Shown here in pieces: positions 29,989 to 40,001 of a stretch of DNA of 64,000 nt; positions within the stretch are counted from its first letter, which is position 1; the number at the start of each line of letters is the position of its first letter. Source of the stretch: an uncultured delta proteobacterium (GTDB lineage: Bacteria; Desulfobacterota; Binatia; UBA9968); contig CAWFJP010000011.1 in NCBI GenBank assembly GCA_963816145.1, forward strand, positions 1 through 64,000. Reading direction: 5' to 3'. The notes beneath the pieces were generated by a model. It saw only the letters and a list, made by a program, of their open reading frames with translations, made no database searches and was not told the DNA's origin. Both the position numbers and the translations under genes were made by a program.

Positions 29989-30927
29989 TTACCTCTTCAA
30001 AATTCCGTCGATCTCTATCAGCTCCGCCGCCGTCAGATCCCAATCCGCCGCTTTCACGTTGCTGGTCACATGATCGACGCGCTTGGCGCCAGTGATCACC
30101 GAGCACACGCTCGGCTGCGCCAGGAGCCACGCCTGCGCCAGCTCGTTTACGCCGCGGCCATGATCTTTCGCCCAGGCGCTCAGTTTGTTCACCAAATTAT
30201 AGTTACGCTCGACCATGAGATTCTGCACGACTTTGACCGATTCACCGCGCGAGCCCGGAGGCGGCGGTTTGCCCATTTGGTATTTGCCGGTGAGAAAACC
30301 GCCGGCGAGGGGATAGTAAGGAACGAAGCCAACGTCATGGGCGCGGCAATAGGGCAACACTTCGCGCTCGACGCCGCGCGTGAACATGTTGTACTCCGAC
30401 TGCAAGACGACAAAGCGGGTCCAGCCTTTGAGTTCCGCAATCACGTTGGCGTGGGCCAACTGCCACGACGCGTATAAGGATGCGCCGATGTAACAGACTT
30501 TGCCCATGCGTACGAGATCGTCGAGACCGCGTAAGGTTTCTTCGATGGGCGTGGTGTCGTCCCAGCGATGGCAATAAAACAAATCGATATGGTCGGTCTG
30601 CAAGCGGCGCAAACTCTGCTCCACCGCCTGCATCATATGATAGCGCGACGCACCCCAGCTGTTGGCGCTGGTTTTTCTGGGGAAATTGAACTTGGTGGCG
30701 ACAACGAACTTATCCATACGCCCTTTGAGCGCATGCCCCAGGGTCGTCTCCGAGGCGCCCTCGTTGTAAACGTTGGCGGTATCGAGAAAGTTGACGCCAG
30801 TCTCGACCGCCGTATCGATGATCTTGTCGACCTCGGCCTGTGGCACGTCCGGCGAACCGAAGCGGTTGGTGCCCAGTCCGACCACAGATACACGGACACC
30901 TGATTTGCCCAATTGGCGATACTCCAT
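29989..30927 (-). CDS. Aldo/keto reductase
   Basis: MEYRQLGKSG, DTANVY, SLRRLQTDHIDL, PYYPLAGGFLTGKY. Confidence 0.93.
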   Translation of the reverse strand: MEYRQLGKSGVRVSVVGLGTNRFGSPDVPQAEVDKIIDTAVETGVNFLDTANVYNEGASETTLGHALKGRMDKFVVATKFNFPRKTSANSWGASRYHMMQAVEQSLRRLQTDHIDLFYCHRWDDTTPIEETLRGLDDLVRMGKVCYIGASLYASWQLAHANVIAELKGWTRFVVLQSEYNMFTRGVEREVLPYCRAHDVGFVPYYPLAGGFLTGKYQMGKPPPPGSRGESVKVVQNLMVERNYNLVNKLSAWAKDHGRGVNELAQAWLLAQPSVCSVITGAKRVDHVTSNVKAADWDLTAAELIEIDGILKR

Positions 30928-31146
30928 GAAAACTCCCTGTAGACTTATTGATTGATGATTCCGAAGCGAGCGCGTTGTACCATCCCGACGCCAAACTCTC
31001 GCGTCTTCTAGCATCCGCTTATCGGCGCGTCAAATCGCGCGAAGAAATAGAACTAAGACGAAGAATTCGCTATCTATGGAATCACTCGTGACACCGCTCT
31101 TTCTTCAACTGGCTGCTGACAACTGTCCACAGACAGCTTTGCGCTG

Positions 31147-32019
31147 ATGGACTTCTCCGCCCAGCTCGTCGCCCTCGCCTCCACCGCCGTCTACGCCGCC
31201 GGCAATCTCTACGCCCGCGTCGGCCTCGTCCATTCGACGCCGCTGGTGGTTACGTTGATCTCGCTGATCGTGCAAACTGTGGTCGTCTGGACGCTACTCT
31301 TAGCTCGCGGCAGCGCGCTCAGCGCCGATCCTCGCGCGCTCGCGGTCTTCATCGCAGTCGGCGTCGCTTTGCCGCTCGTCCGCTGGTTGAGCTACACCGG
31401 CATCGCCCGCATCGGTTCGGCGCGTTCGTCATCCCTGCGTTCGACTCATCCGTTCTTCAGCGCCGCCTTAGCCATCGTTTTCTTGGGCGAGCCGGCGCGG
31501 CACAACATCATGCTCGGGACCTTGCTGATCGTTGCCGGGATTTTCATCACCTGTTGGGAATCGAAGGGATACCGAATCGATGCCAAGCCGTTCGACGTGA
31601 TGTTTCCATTAGCGGCGGCGTTTTTTTCCGGCGTCATTCACCCGTTCACGCGCTATGCTTTGACCATCACCAACGAACCGTTGCTCTACTCCGCCGTGGT
31701 CGGACTATCGTCGCTACTCTGTCTCGGCGGCTATCTGCTAATCTCCGGCCGCGGCATACACATGGTCTGGCCCGATCGCCGCGCTCTGCAATCGTTTGTC
31801 TCGGCGAGTTTGTTTGAGACCGTCGGTTTTCTCCTGTTCAGCGCCGCCGTCAGTCTCGGCCAGGTCGTGCTCATCGCACCGATCATGGCGACCACGCCCA
31901 TCTGGGTATTGCTCGGTTCGATTCTACTTTTACACGATCTGGAGAAAGTGACCTTGCGCACCGCCATCGGCAGTGGCGCCGTGGTCGCCGGCACGATCTT
32001 ACTGGCGCTGAACAAGTGA
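31147..32019 (+). CDS. DMT/EamA-family transporter
   Basis: About ten hydrophobic helices in two repeats, with FLGE and LEKVT motifs. Confidence 0.85.
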   Translation: MDFSAQLVALASTAVYAAGNLYARVGLVHSTPLVVTLISLIVQTVVVWTLLLARGSALSADPRALAVFIAVGVALPLVRWLSYTGIARIGSARSSSLRSTHPFFSAALAIVFLGEPARHNIMLGTLLIVAGIFITCWESKGYRIDAKPFDVMFPLAAAFFSGVIHPFTRYALTITNEPLLYSAVVGLSSLLCLGGYLLISGRGIHMVWPDRRALQSFVSASLFETVGFLLFSAAVSLGQVVLIAPIMATTPIWVLLGSILLLHDLEKVTLRTAIGSGAVVAGTILLALNK

Positions 32020-32027
32020 GGAAGATT

Positions 32028-32393
32028 CTAGCGTCGGCCAAGGGAGCGAGATGCCAATTTGACCAGGCCGCGCGCCTGGGCGCCGGCCGGATCGCAGCCG
32101 CAGTTCCAACACTCGGAGAACTGGCCTTCGATCTTTTCACCGCAGTTCTTGCAAACCCAGCCCTTTTTGACAGACGATAGCGGCGCCAAAGTTTTCTTAA
32201 GAATCGCCTTGGCCCTTACGACCGTATCGTCTTCCACCACCCAAAGCTCCGGCCAGCACTCGGTGGGCGGCAGTTGGCCAGCGGCGCTTATCAGATCCAT
32301 ATTTTTCATCACGCACTTGATGCCGAACGTCGCCAGAACATTCTTCAAGTGGCTGATCATCAGCGGATCTTTGGACGTGTGGATGCGCTTCAT
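32028..32393 (-). CDS. DUF2007-like protein with C-terminal Zn finger
   Basis: WPELWV followed by WVCKNCGE..EGQFSECWNCG. Confidence 0.75.
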   Translation of the reverse strand: MKRIHTSKDPLMISHLKNVLATFGIKCVMKNMDLISAAGQLPPTECWPELWVVEDDTVVRAKAILKKTLAPLSSVKKGWVCKNCGEKIEGQFSECWNCGCDPAGAQARGLVKLASRSLGRR

Positions 32394-32409
32394 CGAGCTA
32401 GCGAAATTC

Positions 32410-32754
32410 TTAGTGCGGGCGCCGCAGGGCTTCTTCGTTGAGTTTCAAACGTTCGCCCAGCCAAAGCGACCGCTCCATGTGATCACCGTAGCCATCGCCG
32501 GTGGACGGATGAACCAACACCGACAAGCCTTCACGGTTGAGCATCAACCATGGCACGACCTTGGCGAACTCATCGTTGGAGAACAGCGCTTGATACATGG
32601 CGTCGAGATGCGGCCCCACCGGTTCGTCATGCCAGCTGCCCAACTTGACGTTGAACTGCGTTAGCCCAGCGCGCACCTTTTCAGCAGCGGCACGAGTCCG
32701 TTTGGGATCGTAATAGATATGGGCATGATAGCCCTTGATCGTTCGCTCGCTCAT
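32410..32754 (-). CDS. DOPA 4,5-dioxygenase family protein
   Basis: YHAHIYY, PVGPH, WLMLNREGLSVLVHP, DH...WLG. Confidence 0.9.
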   Translation of the reverse strand: MSERTIKGYHAHIYYDPKRTRAAAEKVRAGLTQFNVKLGSWHDEPVGPHLDAMYQALFSNDEFAKVVPWLMLNREGLSVLVHPSTGDGYGDHMERSLWLGERLKLNEEALRRPH

Positions 32755-32911
32755 GGCCTACCTCCACGCTAATGATAATGAGCTTGTATCAAATACGCTG
32801 AGCAGATTCCAAAGCGGCTGGAACGAAAAGCGAGAATTTACCAAATAGGCAACTGTGGCCCCCGGCTGGAGCCCGGAGCAAGATGGAAGAATAGTAGGGA
32901 CTTTTTAGGAA

Positions 32912-33106
32912 CTACGCGTTAGAAGGTTCCGGCAGGATTTCGTCCGGGAACAAATACTCTTCGCCGGCCGGACCGAAATTCACCAGAATCAGCTGCCGCC
33001 CCATGTTCTCGACCGCCCGCACAAAGGTTCCTTGCCGCGGCAACATCGTGCCGGTCTTTTGCGAGCGAATGGGTTTGGTAGTTTTGAGCGGATCTCCAGG
33101 GTTCAT
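32912..33106 (-). CDS. Small hypothetical protein (64 aa)
   Basis: ATG preceded by a strong RBS (ggagggag); compact beta-rich sequence. Confidence 0.65.
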   Translation of the reverse strand: MNPGDPLKTTKPIRSQKTGTMLPRQGTFVRAVENMGRQLILVNFGPAGEEYLFPDEILPEPSNA

Positions 33107-33517
33107 TACTTCTCCCTCCCGGTGCGGATTAGCTCAGTTTGATTCCTAAATTTTTTATCGGCTAACTATCGAGTTCTCCTTAACCAGTTGTTTGACTCAT
33201 CTATTAGACGCTTCACTTTGGGAAAATAATGCAAGGCAAAGACCAGAGGCTAAGCGGTCGGCCGGAATGCCGGCGTGGGTAAGACTCGGAGGGCTCACTA
33301 AGGCCGTATATAACCACAAAACACGTTGAAATTAAAGAAATTTTTCTTAAAAGGGGGGCGCCATTGGGAAAATCAGCGACCGCCGACCATGCATGCCGTG
33401 CTTATCCATTGCCGATGAAATAGGCAGCAATCGCCCAATTCCTCATCCTACGCGGTCGGAAATTGTCGAATCGAGTGTCAAGTTAGGCGTACTGTGGATA
33501 GGTCAATGCGTAACTGA

Positions 33518-34522
33518 CTACTTTCCCCCATACACCCGGTCGAAAAACTTCTCGTCGTCCAAACGCTTCAGCCAGCTGCTGTCGACGATCTCTTCGGCTT
33601 TGATGGCGGCGGCTTTCGGGTTTTGTTCGGCGACGTATTTGATGACGATCTTGAACCCATCCAGTGTCGGATAGGGTTTGCGGTCAAGCTCATCCTGGGC
33701 TTCGATGTAGAAATCTTCGGCGGCTTCGACATTGCGCAGGCGGAGATTCCTGGCGATAATTTCCTTGAACGACTGCTTGTTCTCCTTCTTGAAAATATCC
33801 GCGTAAGCTTCGATGGTCGCGCGTGTGAAACCGTCGACGATTTTCGGATTGGCCAAGGCATAATTCTTCTTTACCGTGAGGCCCGTGTTCTGGTAGGGCA
33901 GCTTCGACGCCTGCATGTTGAGCAGGTTGAAATAGCCCTTGCCGGTCATGATTTTGGTCGCCACCCGTTGCAACATGCCGGCATCGATCGCCTTGTTTTC
34001 CAGCGCCACCATGCGGTCCGGGTCGACGCCGGTTTGAATCAAGGTGATCTTGTCGCGCTTGAGATCCAGGCCCAAGTGCTCCAAGGCGATCAAGGCGGAA
34101 ATGTGCGACGAGCCGCCGAAACGCGCGGTGCCGATCTTTTTGCCCTTCAAATCTTCAGCGCGTCGGATATTCGGTTGGGTGACCACGGAAAACGGCGACG
34201 TGTTGCTCAGTCCCAAAAAGAAACTCAGCCTTTCGCCGGTGGCGGCGAGACTGACCAACGATGCCGGCGCATTGGCGGTGATCTGAATTTCCCCGGCTTG
34301 AAACATTTGCGCCACTAAAGAACCGCTGTTGACCAGTATCAACTGCACATCCAGACCGTACTTCTCGTAGAACCGCTTGTCCTTGGCTATATACAGTGGC
34401 GCCATATGCGGCGTCGGCGTCGACAGCGCCACGCGCACCTGCTGGAGCTTCTGAGCTTGCACCAGCCCGCTGCTGTAAACGAGCGCAATCAGAACTGCAA
34501 AAATCGTCGCTATTTGTTTCAC
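33518..34522 (-). CDS. NMT1/SsuA/TauA-type ABC substrate-binding protein (orphan)
   Basis: Signal peptide, KYGLDVQLI, DLKGKKIG, EEIVDSSWL. Confidence 0.85.
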   Translation of the reverse strand: MKQIATIFAVLIALVYSSGLVQAQKLQQVRVALSTPTPHMAPLYIAKDKRFYEKYGLDVQLILVNSGSLVAQMFQAGEIQITANAPASLVSLAATGERLSFFLGLSNTSPFSVVTQPNIRRAEDLKGKKIGTARFGGSSHISALIALEHLGLDLKRDKITLIQTGVDPDRMVALENKAIDAGMLQRVATKIMTGKGYFNLLNMQASKLPYQNTGLTVKKNYALANPKIVDGFTRATIEAYADIFKKENKQSFKEIIARNLRLRNVEAAEDFYIEAQDELDRKPYPTLDGFKIVIKYVAEQNPKAAAIKAEEIVDSSWLKRLDDEKFFDRVYGGK

Positions 34523-34599
34523 GGGAACTCCTCCGTTAGGGACTGATCAACTACTACTACACAAGTTTACCGGCCGACGCTCGGTCAAGCAATCGACGG

Positions 34600-37500
34600 C
34601 TAAGCGGCGTTGACAGCCGCGCGCCGCCACGGCCAACTGCGCAGCGCCAAGTCGGCGAGAAACAGCACAAGCCCTGCGCCCGCCAAGGGCCACCAGGTTT
34701 CCTGCCCTGTGGAGCTTTTCCCTGGCGTCGGCGTGTAAAGGCGCTTGAGAGCGTCGTGAAATTTTTCCGGATCGACCATCTCGCCGCCGGTGTCCTCAGC
34801 AAGCCGGCTGAGCAGAGTCAAATTGGCTTTCAACTCGCGGTACTCCTTGGGATAGGGCGCGATGTACGGCACGGTCGCCACTGGCAATGGCGCTGCCCCG
34901 GCGTTGCCCTCCGCGTAAAGCGTGACGAAATGGATACCGCGCTGCGCTGGCATAAACTTACCCTCGTAGCGCCCCGGCGCGCTTTGCTGCAGCGGCTGCT
35001 CCAAGCTGGTTTGATTGGGAGTGGCGACCGTCGCCTTGAGTTTGAGATGATTCAGATACTTGCCGTCCTGGGCAACCAAGTCGCTCACGACTTTCACCGC
35101 CCCGCCGTCAGTTTGAAAATCGACATGGATCTTACCGTCGAGCACCTTGCGCATGGTGTCGCGGCTAATCTGGCTCGCCCACTGGGGAAAGGCGTTCCAA
35201 CCCACCCACTCTTTGCCCCAGCGTCCGCTCAAGTCGGATGTGAACGCCATCACTCTGCCAAGACCGTAGCGCCAGGACACCAGCAGGGGATCTTTGTCGA
35301 CGCGCATGAGCAACTCGGCACGCGGCTTCGGATAAGTGAGCACATAGCCGCGCAGCGCGGGCAAATTATTTTGCGGGATGCCTTTTAGCGCGCCGGTGCC
35401 GCTAACAATGCTCGGCGCCACCGGCTTCTCGATCAGTAAATCGCGCGAGATCAACAACGTCTCGGTGGTAAAAATCTGCGGAATCGTCTGCGGATCGAGG
35501 GCGACATAGCCGCGTCCTTTGCCCTCTTTGGCGATCTCCGCCATCAGCTTCACGTCGGCGTCGTTACCGATGGACACGGTCGATACGGTGATGCCATCGC
35601 GCGCCATCTTAGCCACCAGGGACTGAAAGTCGGCCTTGTCAGTAAGACCGTCGGAGAGCGCGATCACATGCTTGATCGAAGCCGTCTTGCCGGCGATGCC
35701 TCGATAGGCTTCAACCATCGCTTTGTACAAATCGGTACCGCCGTCGGATTGCAGGTTAGCCAGCTTTTCGTTGATCCATTCGCCCTTGCCCACCTGGCGA
35801 AACGGCAGGGCCCAATCCCAATTGGCGTCGAAGGCGAGAACGCCCACCTGATCCGTCGGATTCATGATATCGGCAGCGGCGATGGCAGCCGCCTTGGCGA
35901 GATCGAGCTTGGTGCTGCCTTCGGCGCCGGAACCCATGCTGCCCGATTTATCGATGACAAAGAGCAGCGCCACGTGAGGCATTTCTAGTTTCGCGGGCGG
36001 CCGCATATCGACCGGCAAGACGCGCTCGAGCGGCGTACGGTAATAGCCCCCAGCGCCGTAGCTCTGCGAACCGCCGACGACCAGTAATCCGCCGCCAAAG
36101 TCGCGCACGTATTTTTCAATGCTCTCCATCTTGGCGTGGGTCAATTGAAACGCCGGCACATTGTCGAGAACCAACAGATCGAAGGCGGCGAGCTCAGCGA
36201 GGGACAAGGAATCGCCCTCCGGCGCCGCCTGGACCACCGCGTAGCCTTGAACTTGCAGGACGCTAGCTAGAACCCGCTGGCTGTCTTTCTGCGCTGAAAT
36301 TAAAAGGACCCGCGGCGGCCCTTTCACTTCGACCACGCCTTGGAGCAAATTATTCTCCGCCAGCGTATCCTCCGCCGAATCGACCAAGAGTTCGTAGCGG
36401 TGATTACCGCGCTCGCTGAGTGTGTCGCGAAAAGAAACGTTGTTGCTGCCGGCGTTCAAACGCAGCTCGCGCTCGGCGGTGAGCACGCCGTCACGCAGCA
36501 AACGCAGCCGCGCCGGCGCTTCGCGCAAGCTTTCGACCGCGCCGCGAATCTCGAAGCTCTCGGCGCTGTCGACCTGGCGAGGCAACGTCAAATCCGTCAA
36601 GTAAATCTCGTTGCGGCCGCGCGACAGGCCGACCGGCAGCGTCCACACCTGCACGCCTTGGCTGCGCAGGAGCGGCGTGACGCGCGCCGTCTCGCCGCGA
36701 TTTTCGTTGCCGTCGGAGAAAAGCAAGATGCGTCCCTGGCGCCCATCACCAATCTGCGCCGCCGCCCCTTGCAGAGCGGCTTGAATATCGGTCTGCTCAC
36801 GGTCCAGCAGCGCGGAAAACTCCGCTGCCGCGATCTCCTCGCGCGGCGGCAACTCCCACTCCGGGGCGCTGCCAAAGCTCATCAGTCCAGTGCGAGTCGC
36901 GACTTTTTTCAAGCCGGCGGCAACTTCCATGACCTCGCGCGCTTTTTCTCGTCCCTCCTGGCCGACACTGCGCGACGAATCGACGGCGAAAATCACATCG
37001 AGCGCTGCGCTTGGCTGAAACCAGCGCGGATTGAGCAGCGCCACAGCGAGCGCCGCCAGCGCCCCGGCGCGCGTGAGAATTGGCAAGGTCGACAAACGTT
37101 GGCGGTAGGCCAACAAGAGTTCAGAGCCAAGCAAAATGACAACGGCGCCAAGCAAGATCGGCCACAAAGACAAACCGCTCTCGCCGCGCACCGTTGCGTC
37201 GTTTTTGGGCGTCAAAGAGTCAGCAGTCAAGCGCGGCGCGATCTGCGACTCGTCCTCATCGAGCAGATTCACGGCAAATTCGCCTTCACCTGGGCCATTC
37301 TTGTATCGATAAAAGCCAGCCTCGAAGGTGCCGGCGAAGATCAGCGAACCGCCCGTACCGGACAGGGTCTCGGTCTTGCCGCTCGGCATCGTGATTAGCG
37401 CTTCGGAACTGAACTGCGCCGCGGCAATCTTAAACGGCGCGCCCGCCCGCCCGCTCTGGCCGGGAAACTCCAAACGCTGCGGCTGGAACCACGCAAAAAT

Positions 37501-38937
37501 ATTGTGAAACAAAACCGGAAACGCCACACGCAACGGCAGATCGGAATGGAGCAAATCGAAGCCAAAATAAACCAGCCGCAGTTTAGCTTGCTCCAGGGCG
37601 TAGATCAGCGGCCCCTGCGCTATGCGCGCGAGCGCGACCCCAGCGCCGCTATCGCGCAGCGGCACAGCCGCGTGCACTTGCAGTTCCGCCAAGTTGAGAC
37701 CCTCGGTCAGCGGATGTTTTGCCAATGGCAAAAGCAGCCGCGGGTTATCGACCTTGGCCTGGCGCGCGAGCACCGTCCCCGGCGGCAGCGCATCGATCAT
37801 AATTAGATTGCCCTGGAGCGCTGCCGGCGGCGCCACGCGATCGCAGATCACCACATCGAATTTACTCTGCTGAGCGGCCACGCGTTCGTCCCAGCCGGTG
37901 AGGGAGGTCAGCTCCAGATTCGCAAAGGAACGCAATAGATTGTTCAAATACGGATTACCGGGACCGATGTAGAGCACACGCACCGGCGGCGTATCAGCCA
38001 ACGCGAGATAGGCGCGGTTATCGGTGCTGAAATCGTCGGCGAAATCCAATTGCACAACCAATCTCCCCGCCAGCGCACCGTCGAATGGATAGATGAGAAC
38101 GCGCCGGTCGTTGGCGCCGATGTCGATTTCCTCGCGCAGGATTTGCTTGTCATCGAGAGAGAGCACGAGCGGTAGCCGCACCGCCTTGGCAGTGAAGTTA
38201 CGGACATGCACGAGGATCTCCGCCGCTCCCGGGCGGTCCGGCCGGCGGCGCACCGAAAAGCCGACGATGCCGACATTGTCGCTACCGCCGTCGACTTTGA
38301 CAAAACGCCGATGCGGCGCCGATACCGCAAACTCTTCAGCGCCGGCAAAGGCGCCGTCGCTAATCACCGTCACTTGGTCGGCGCTGCCGCGCTTGAGAAA
38401 ACCATGGGCGAAGAGAATCGCCTCTTTCATTTTTCCTGGACCGTCGGTGGCGGACAAATTGCGCGCCAGCTCCCGTAGCCGCCGTTTGTCGGCGCTAAAC
38501 GGCGACATCAGCCGCGGCTCGGCGCCGGCGCCGATGACGAGCATTTTCTGACCGGCCGAAAGGCCGTCGATCAAAGAATTGAACTCTCGGCGCAGCCCGT
38601 CGAAGCGGTTTGCGCCTTTACCCTTCGCCTTCATGCTCGCGCTCAAGTCGAGCACGACGATCATGTCCCCTGAGCGTGACGCAATGTGGAGCAGCGACGG
38701 ATCGGCGAGAGCAACTATCAGCGCGGTGGCTGCGAGCAATTGAAGAATCAGTAAAATGTTCTTGCGAAGCAGCCAACCCAACCGCGTACCCAGGGGCCGC
38801 TCGCGCAGCACCCGCTGCCAAACGAACATCGTCGTAGTCGCGATCTTCAGGCCGCGCGGTTTGAGGCTATGCAGAAACAGAATCAACGGGATCGCCCCGG
38901 CGAGTAACAACAGCGCGGCTGGCAATCCCCAAAGCAT
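34600..38937 (-). CDS. BatA plus triple-VWA membrane protein with a GATase1-like segment (1445 aa)
   Basis: BatA-like N-terminus (LILQLL..ALADP), three MIDAS starts (DLSASM, DSSRSV, DKSGSM), GGGLLVVGGSQSYGAGGY, WRYGLGR. Confidence 0.85.
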   Translation of the reverse strand: MLWGLPAALLLLAGAIPLILFLHSLKPRGLKIATTTMFVWQRVLRERPLGTRLGWLLRKNILLILQLLAATALIVALADPSLLHIASRSGDMIVVLDLSASMKAKGKGANRFDGLRREFNSLIDGLSAGQKMLVIGAGAEPRLMSPFSADKRRLRELARNLSATDGPGKMKEAILFAHGFLKRGSADQVTVISDGAFAGAEEFAVSAPHRRFVKVDGGSDNVGIVGFSVRRRPDRPGAAEILVHVRNFTAKAVRLPLVLSLDDKQILREEIDIGANDRRVLIYPFDGALAGRLVVQLDFADDFSTDNRAYLALADTPPVRVLYIGPGNPYLNNLLRSFANLELTSLTGWDERVAAQQSKFDVVICDRVAPPAALQGNLIMIDALPPGTVLARQAKVDNPRLLLPLAKHPLTEGLNLAELQVHAAVPLRDSGAGVALARIAQGPLIYALEQAKLRLVYFGFDLLHSDLPLRVAFPVLFHNIFAWFQPQRLEFPGQSGRAGAPFKIAAAQFSSEALITMPSGKTETLSGTGGSLIFAGTFEAGFYRYKNGPGEGEFAVNLLDEDESQIAPRLTADSLTPKNDATVRGESGLSLWPILLGAVVILLGSELLLAYRQRLSTLPILTRAGALAALAVALLNPRWFQPSAALDVIFAVDSSRSVGQEGREKAREVMEVAAGLKKVATRTGLMSFGSAPEWELPPREEIAAAEFSALLDREQTDIQAALQGAAAQIGDGRQGRILLFSDGNENRGETARVTPLLRSQGVQVWTLPVGLSRGRNEIYLTDLTLPRQVDSAESFEIRGAVESLREAPARLRLLRDGVLTAERELRLNAGSNNVSFRDTLSERGNHRYELLVDSAEDTLAENNLLQGVVEVKGPPRVLLISAQKDSQRVLASVLQVQGYAVVQAAPEGDSLSLAELAAFDLLVLDNVPAFQLTHAKMESIEKYVRDFGGGLLVVGGSQSYGAGGYYRTPLERVLPVDMRPPAKLEMPHVALLFVIDKSGSMGSGAEGSTKLDLAKAAAIAAADIMNPTDQVGVLAFDANWDWALPFRQVGKGEWINEKLANLQSDGGTDLYKAMVEAYRGIAGKTASIKHVIALSDGLTDKADFQSLVAKMARDGITVSTVSIGNDADVKLMAEIAKEGKGRGYVALDPQTIPQIFTTETLLISRDLLIEKPVAPSIVSGTGALKGIPQNNLPALRGYVLTYPKPRAELLMRVDKDPLLVSWRYGLGRVMAFTSDLSGRWGKEWVGWNAFPQWASQISRDTMRKVLDGKIHVDFQTDGGAVKVVSDLVAQDGKYLNHLKLKATVATPNQTSLEQPLQQSAPGRYEGKFMPAQRGIHFVTLYAEGNAGAAPLPVATVPYIAPYPKEYRELKANLTLLSRLAEDTGGEMVDPEKFHDALKRLYTPTPGKSSTGQETWWPLAGAGLVLFLADLALRSWPWRRAAVNAA

Positions 38938-38940
38938 AGG

Positions 38941-39834
38941 TCAGACCACGCCGCTCACCCGGCGCAGGGTTTGTAAAACGAACTCGTCGAAGGGCACTTG
39001 AGTGGTGGTGCGTAGATAATCGATCTTGCGGCTGGCACAGAGCTCTTCGATCTCTTTAAAATACTTTTCCAGCTCCTGCTCGAAACGGCGCACCAGATCG
39101 GCGTCGAGAAAGAACTTGCATTCGCTGCCGGCTTCGACGTCGACCAGCGCGACATCGCCCCAGGGTTTAGGCTTCAACTCGGTTTCGTCGACGATGTGCA
39201 CCAGCAAGACCTGATAGTTTTTGCCGGAAAGCTCTTCCAGCGCGGCGCGCCAACCAGTGGGGTCGAAGAGATCGCTGACGATGACAACGAAACCAGCGTG
39301 GGGGAAAAGTTTGGTAAAGGAATGAATCGTGCCCCGCAGGTTGGTCTCGCCTGTGCAAGACAGCTTGGCGAGGAAACTAAACATGCTGAGGATCTGTTTG
39401 CGACCGCGCCCCAAGGTCAGCGGCTTGTGTAACACCGAAGAGAACGCCGCCCCGCCGACCCGGTCGAGATTTTTGAGGCCGATGTAGCCCAGCGCCGCAG
39501 CGACTTTCCTAGCGTAGTCGAGCTTGATTGGATCGCCTTCGGCCATGGACCTGCTGGTGTCGACCAGCAGATAGATATTCATCTCCTCCTCGGCAGTGAA
39601 GATCTTTAACAGCAAGCGATCGAGCCGCCGGTAAATATTCCAATCGACGTAACGCAGATCGTCGCCGCGCTGATAACGCCGATAGTCGGAAAACTCCAGA
39701 CTAAATCCCTTACGCGACACCGCATGCTCGCCCTTCGCTCCCGCCCAATTCAAGCGTTTGGCGATCAGATGGAGCCGTTCAAGCCGGCGTAGGAAGTCGG
39801 TGTCGAAGAAAGTTTCAGGTCCGGCATCTAGCAT
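38941..39834 (-). CDS. DUF58 protein
   Basis: EFSDYRRYQRGDDLRYVDWN, LVDTSRSM, VSDLFD. Start re-assigned to 39834. Confidence 0.9.
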   Translation of the reverse strand: MLDAGPETFFDTDFLRRLERLHLIAKRLNWAGAKGEHAVSRKGFSLEFSDYRRYQRGDDLRYVDWNIYRRLDRLLLKIFTAEEEMNIYLLVDTSRSMAEGDPIKLDYARKVAAALGYIGLKNLDRVGGAAFSSVLHKPLTLGRGRKQILSMFSFLAKLSCTGETNLRGTIHSFTKLFPHAGFVVIVSDLFDPTGWRAALEELSGKNYQVLLVHIVDETELKPKPWGDVALVDVEAGSECKFFLDADLVRRFEQELEKYFKEIEELCASRKIDYLRTTTQVPFDEFVLQTLRRVSGVV

Positions 39835-39881
39835 CGAGGGTTGAGACCGACGAATCGCTGGATTGTATCCGGCTACGTGGT

Positions 39882-39908
39882 TGTCATTTCGAGCGAAGCG
39901 AGAAATCT
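39882..39908. repeat. Half REP-like palindrome
   Basis: tgtcatttcgagcgaagcgagaaatct, related to tgtcattccgaggtgaagccgaggaatct at 13229. Confidence 0.6.
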
Positions 39909-40001
39909 TTCCACGGGCGCGGCGCATGATCGTCGCCAGTGTCGCCACAAGCCGCGGCGCTCTTAACGCTAGACCCGAAACGCTCGACGCCAAACTCATC
40001 T

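Noticed and set aside
33400-33505. DnaA-box-like words (cttatccat, tgtggatag)
   Set aside because: Only two imperfect matches and no dnaA/dnaN context; insufficient for an origin.
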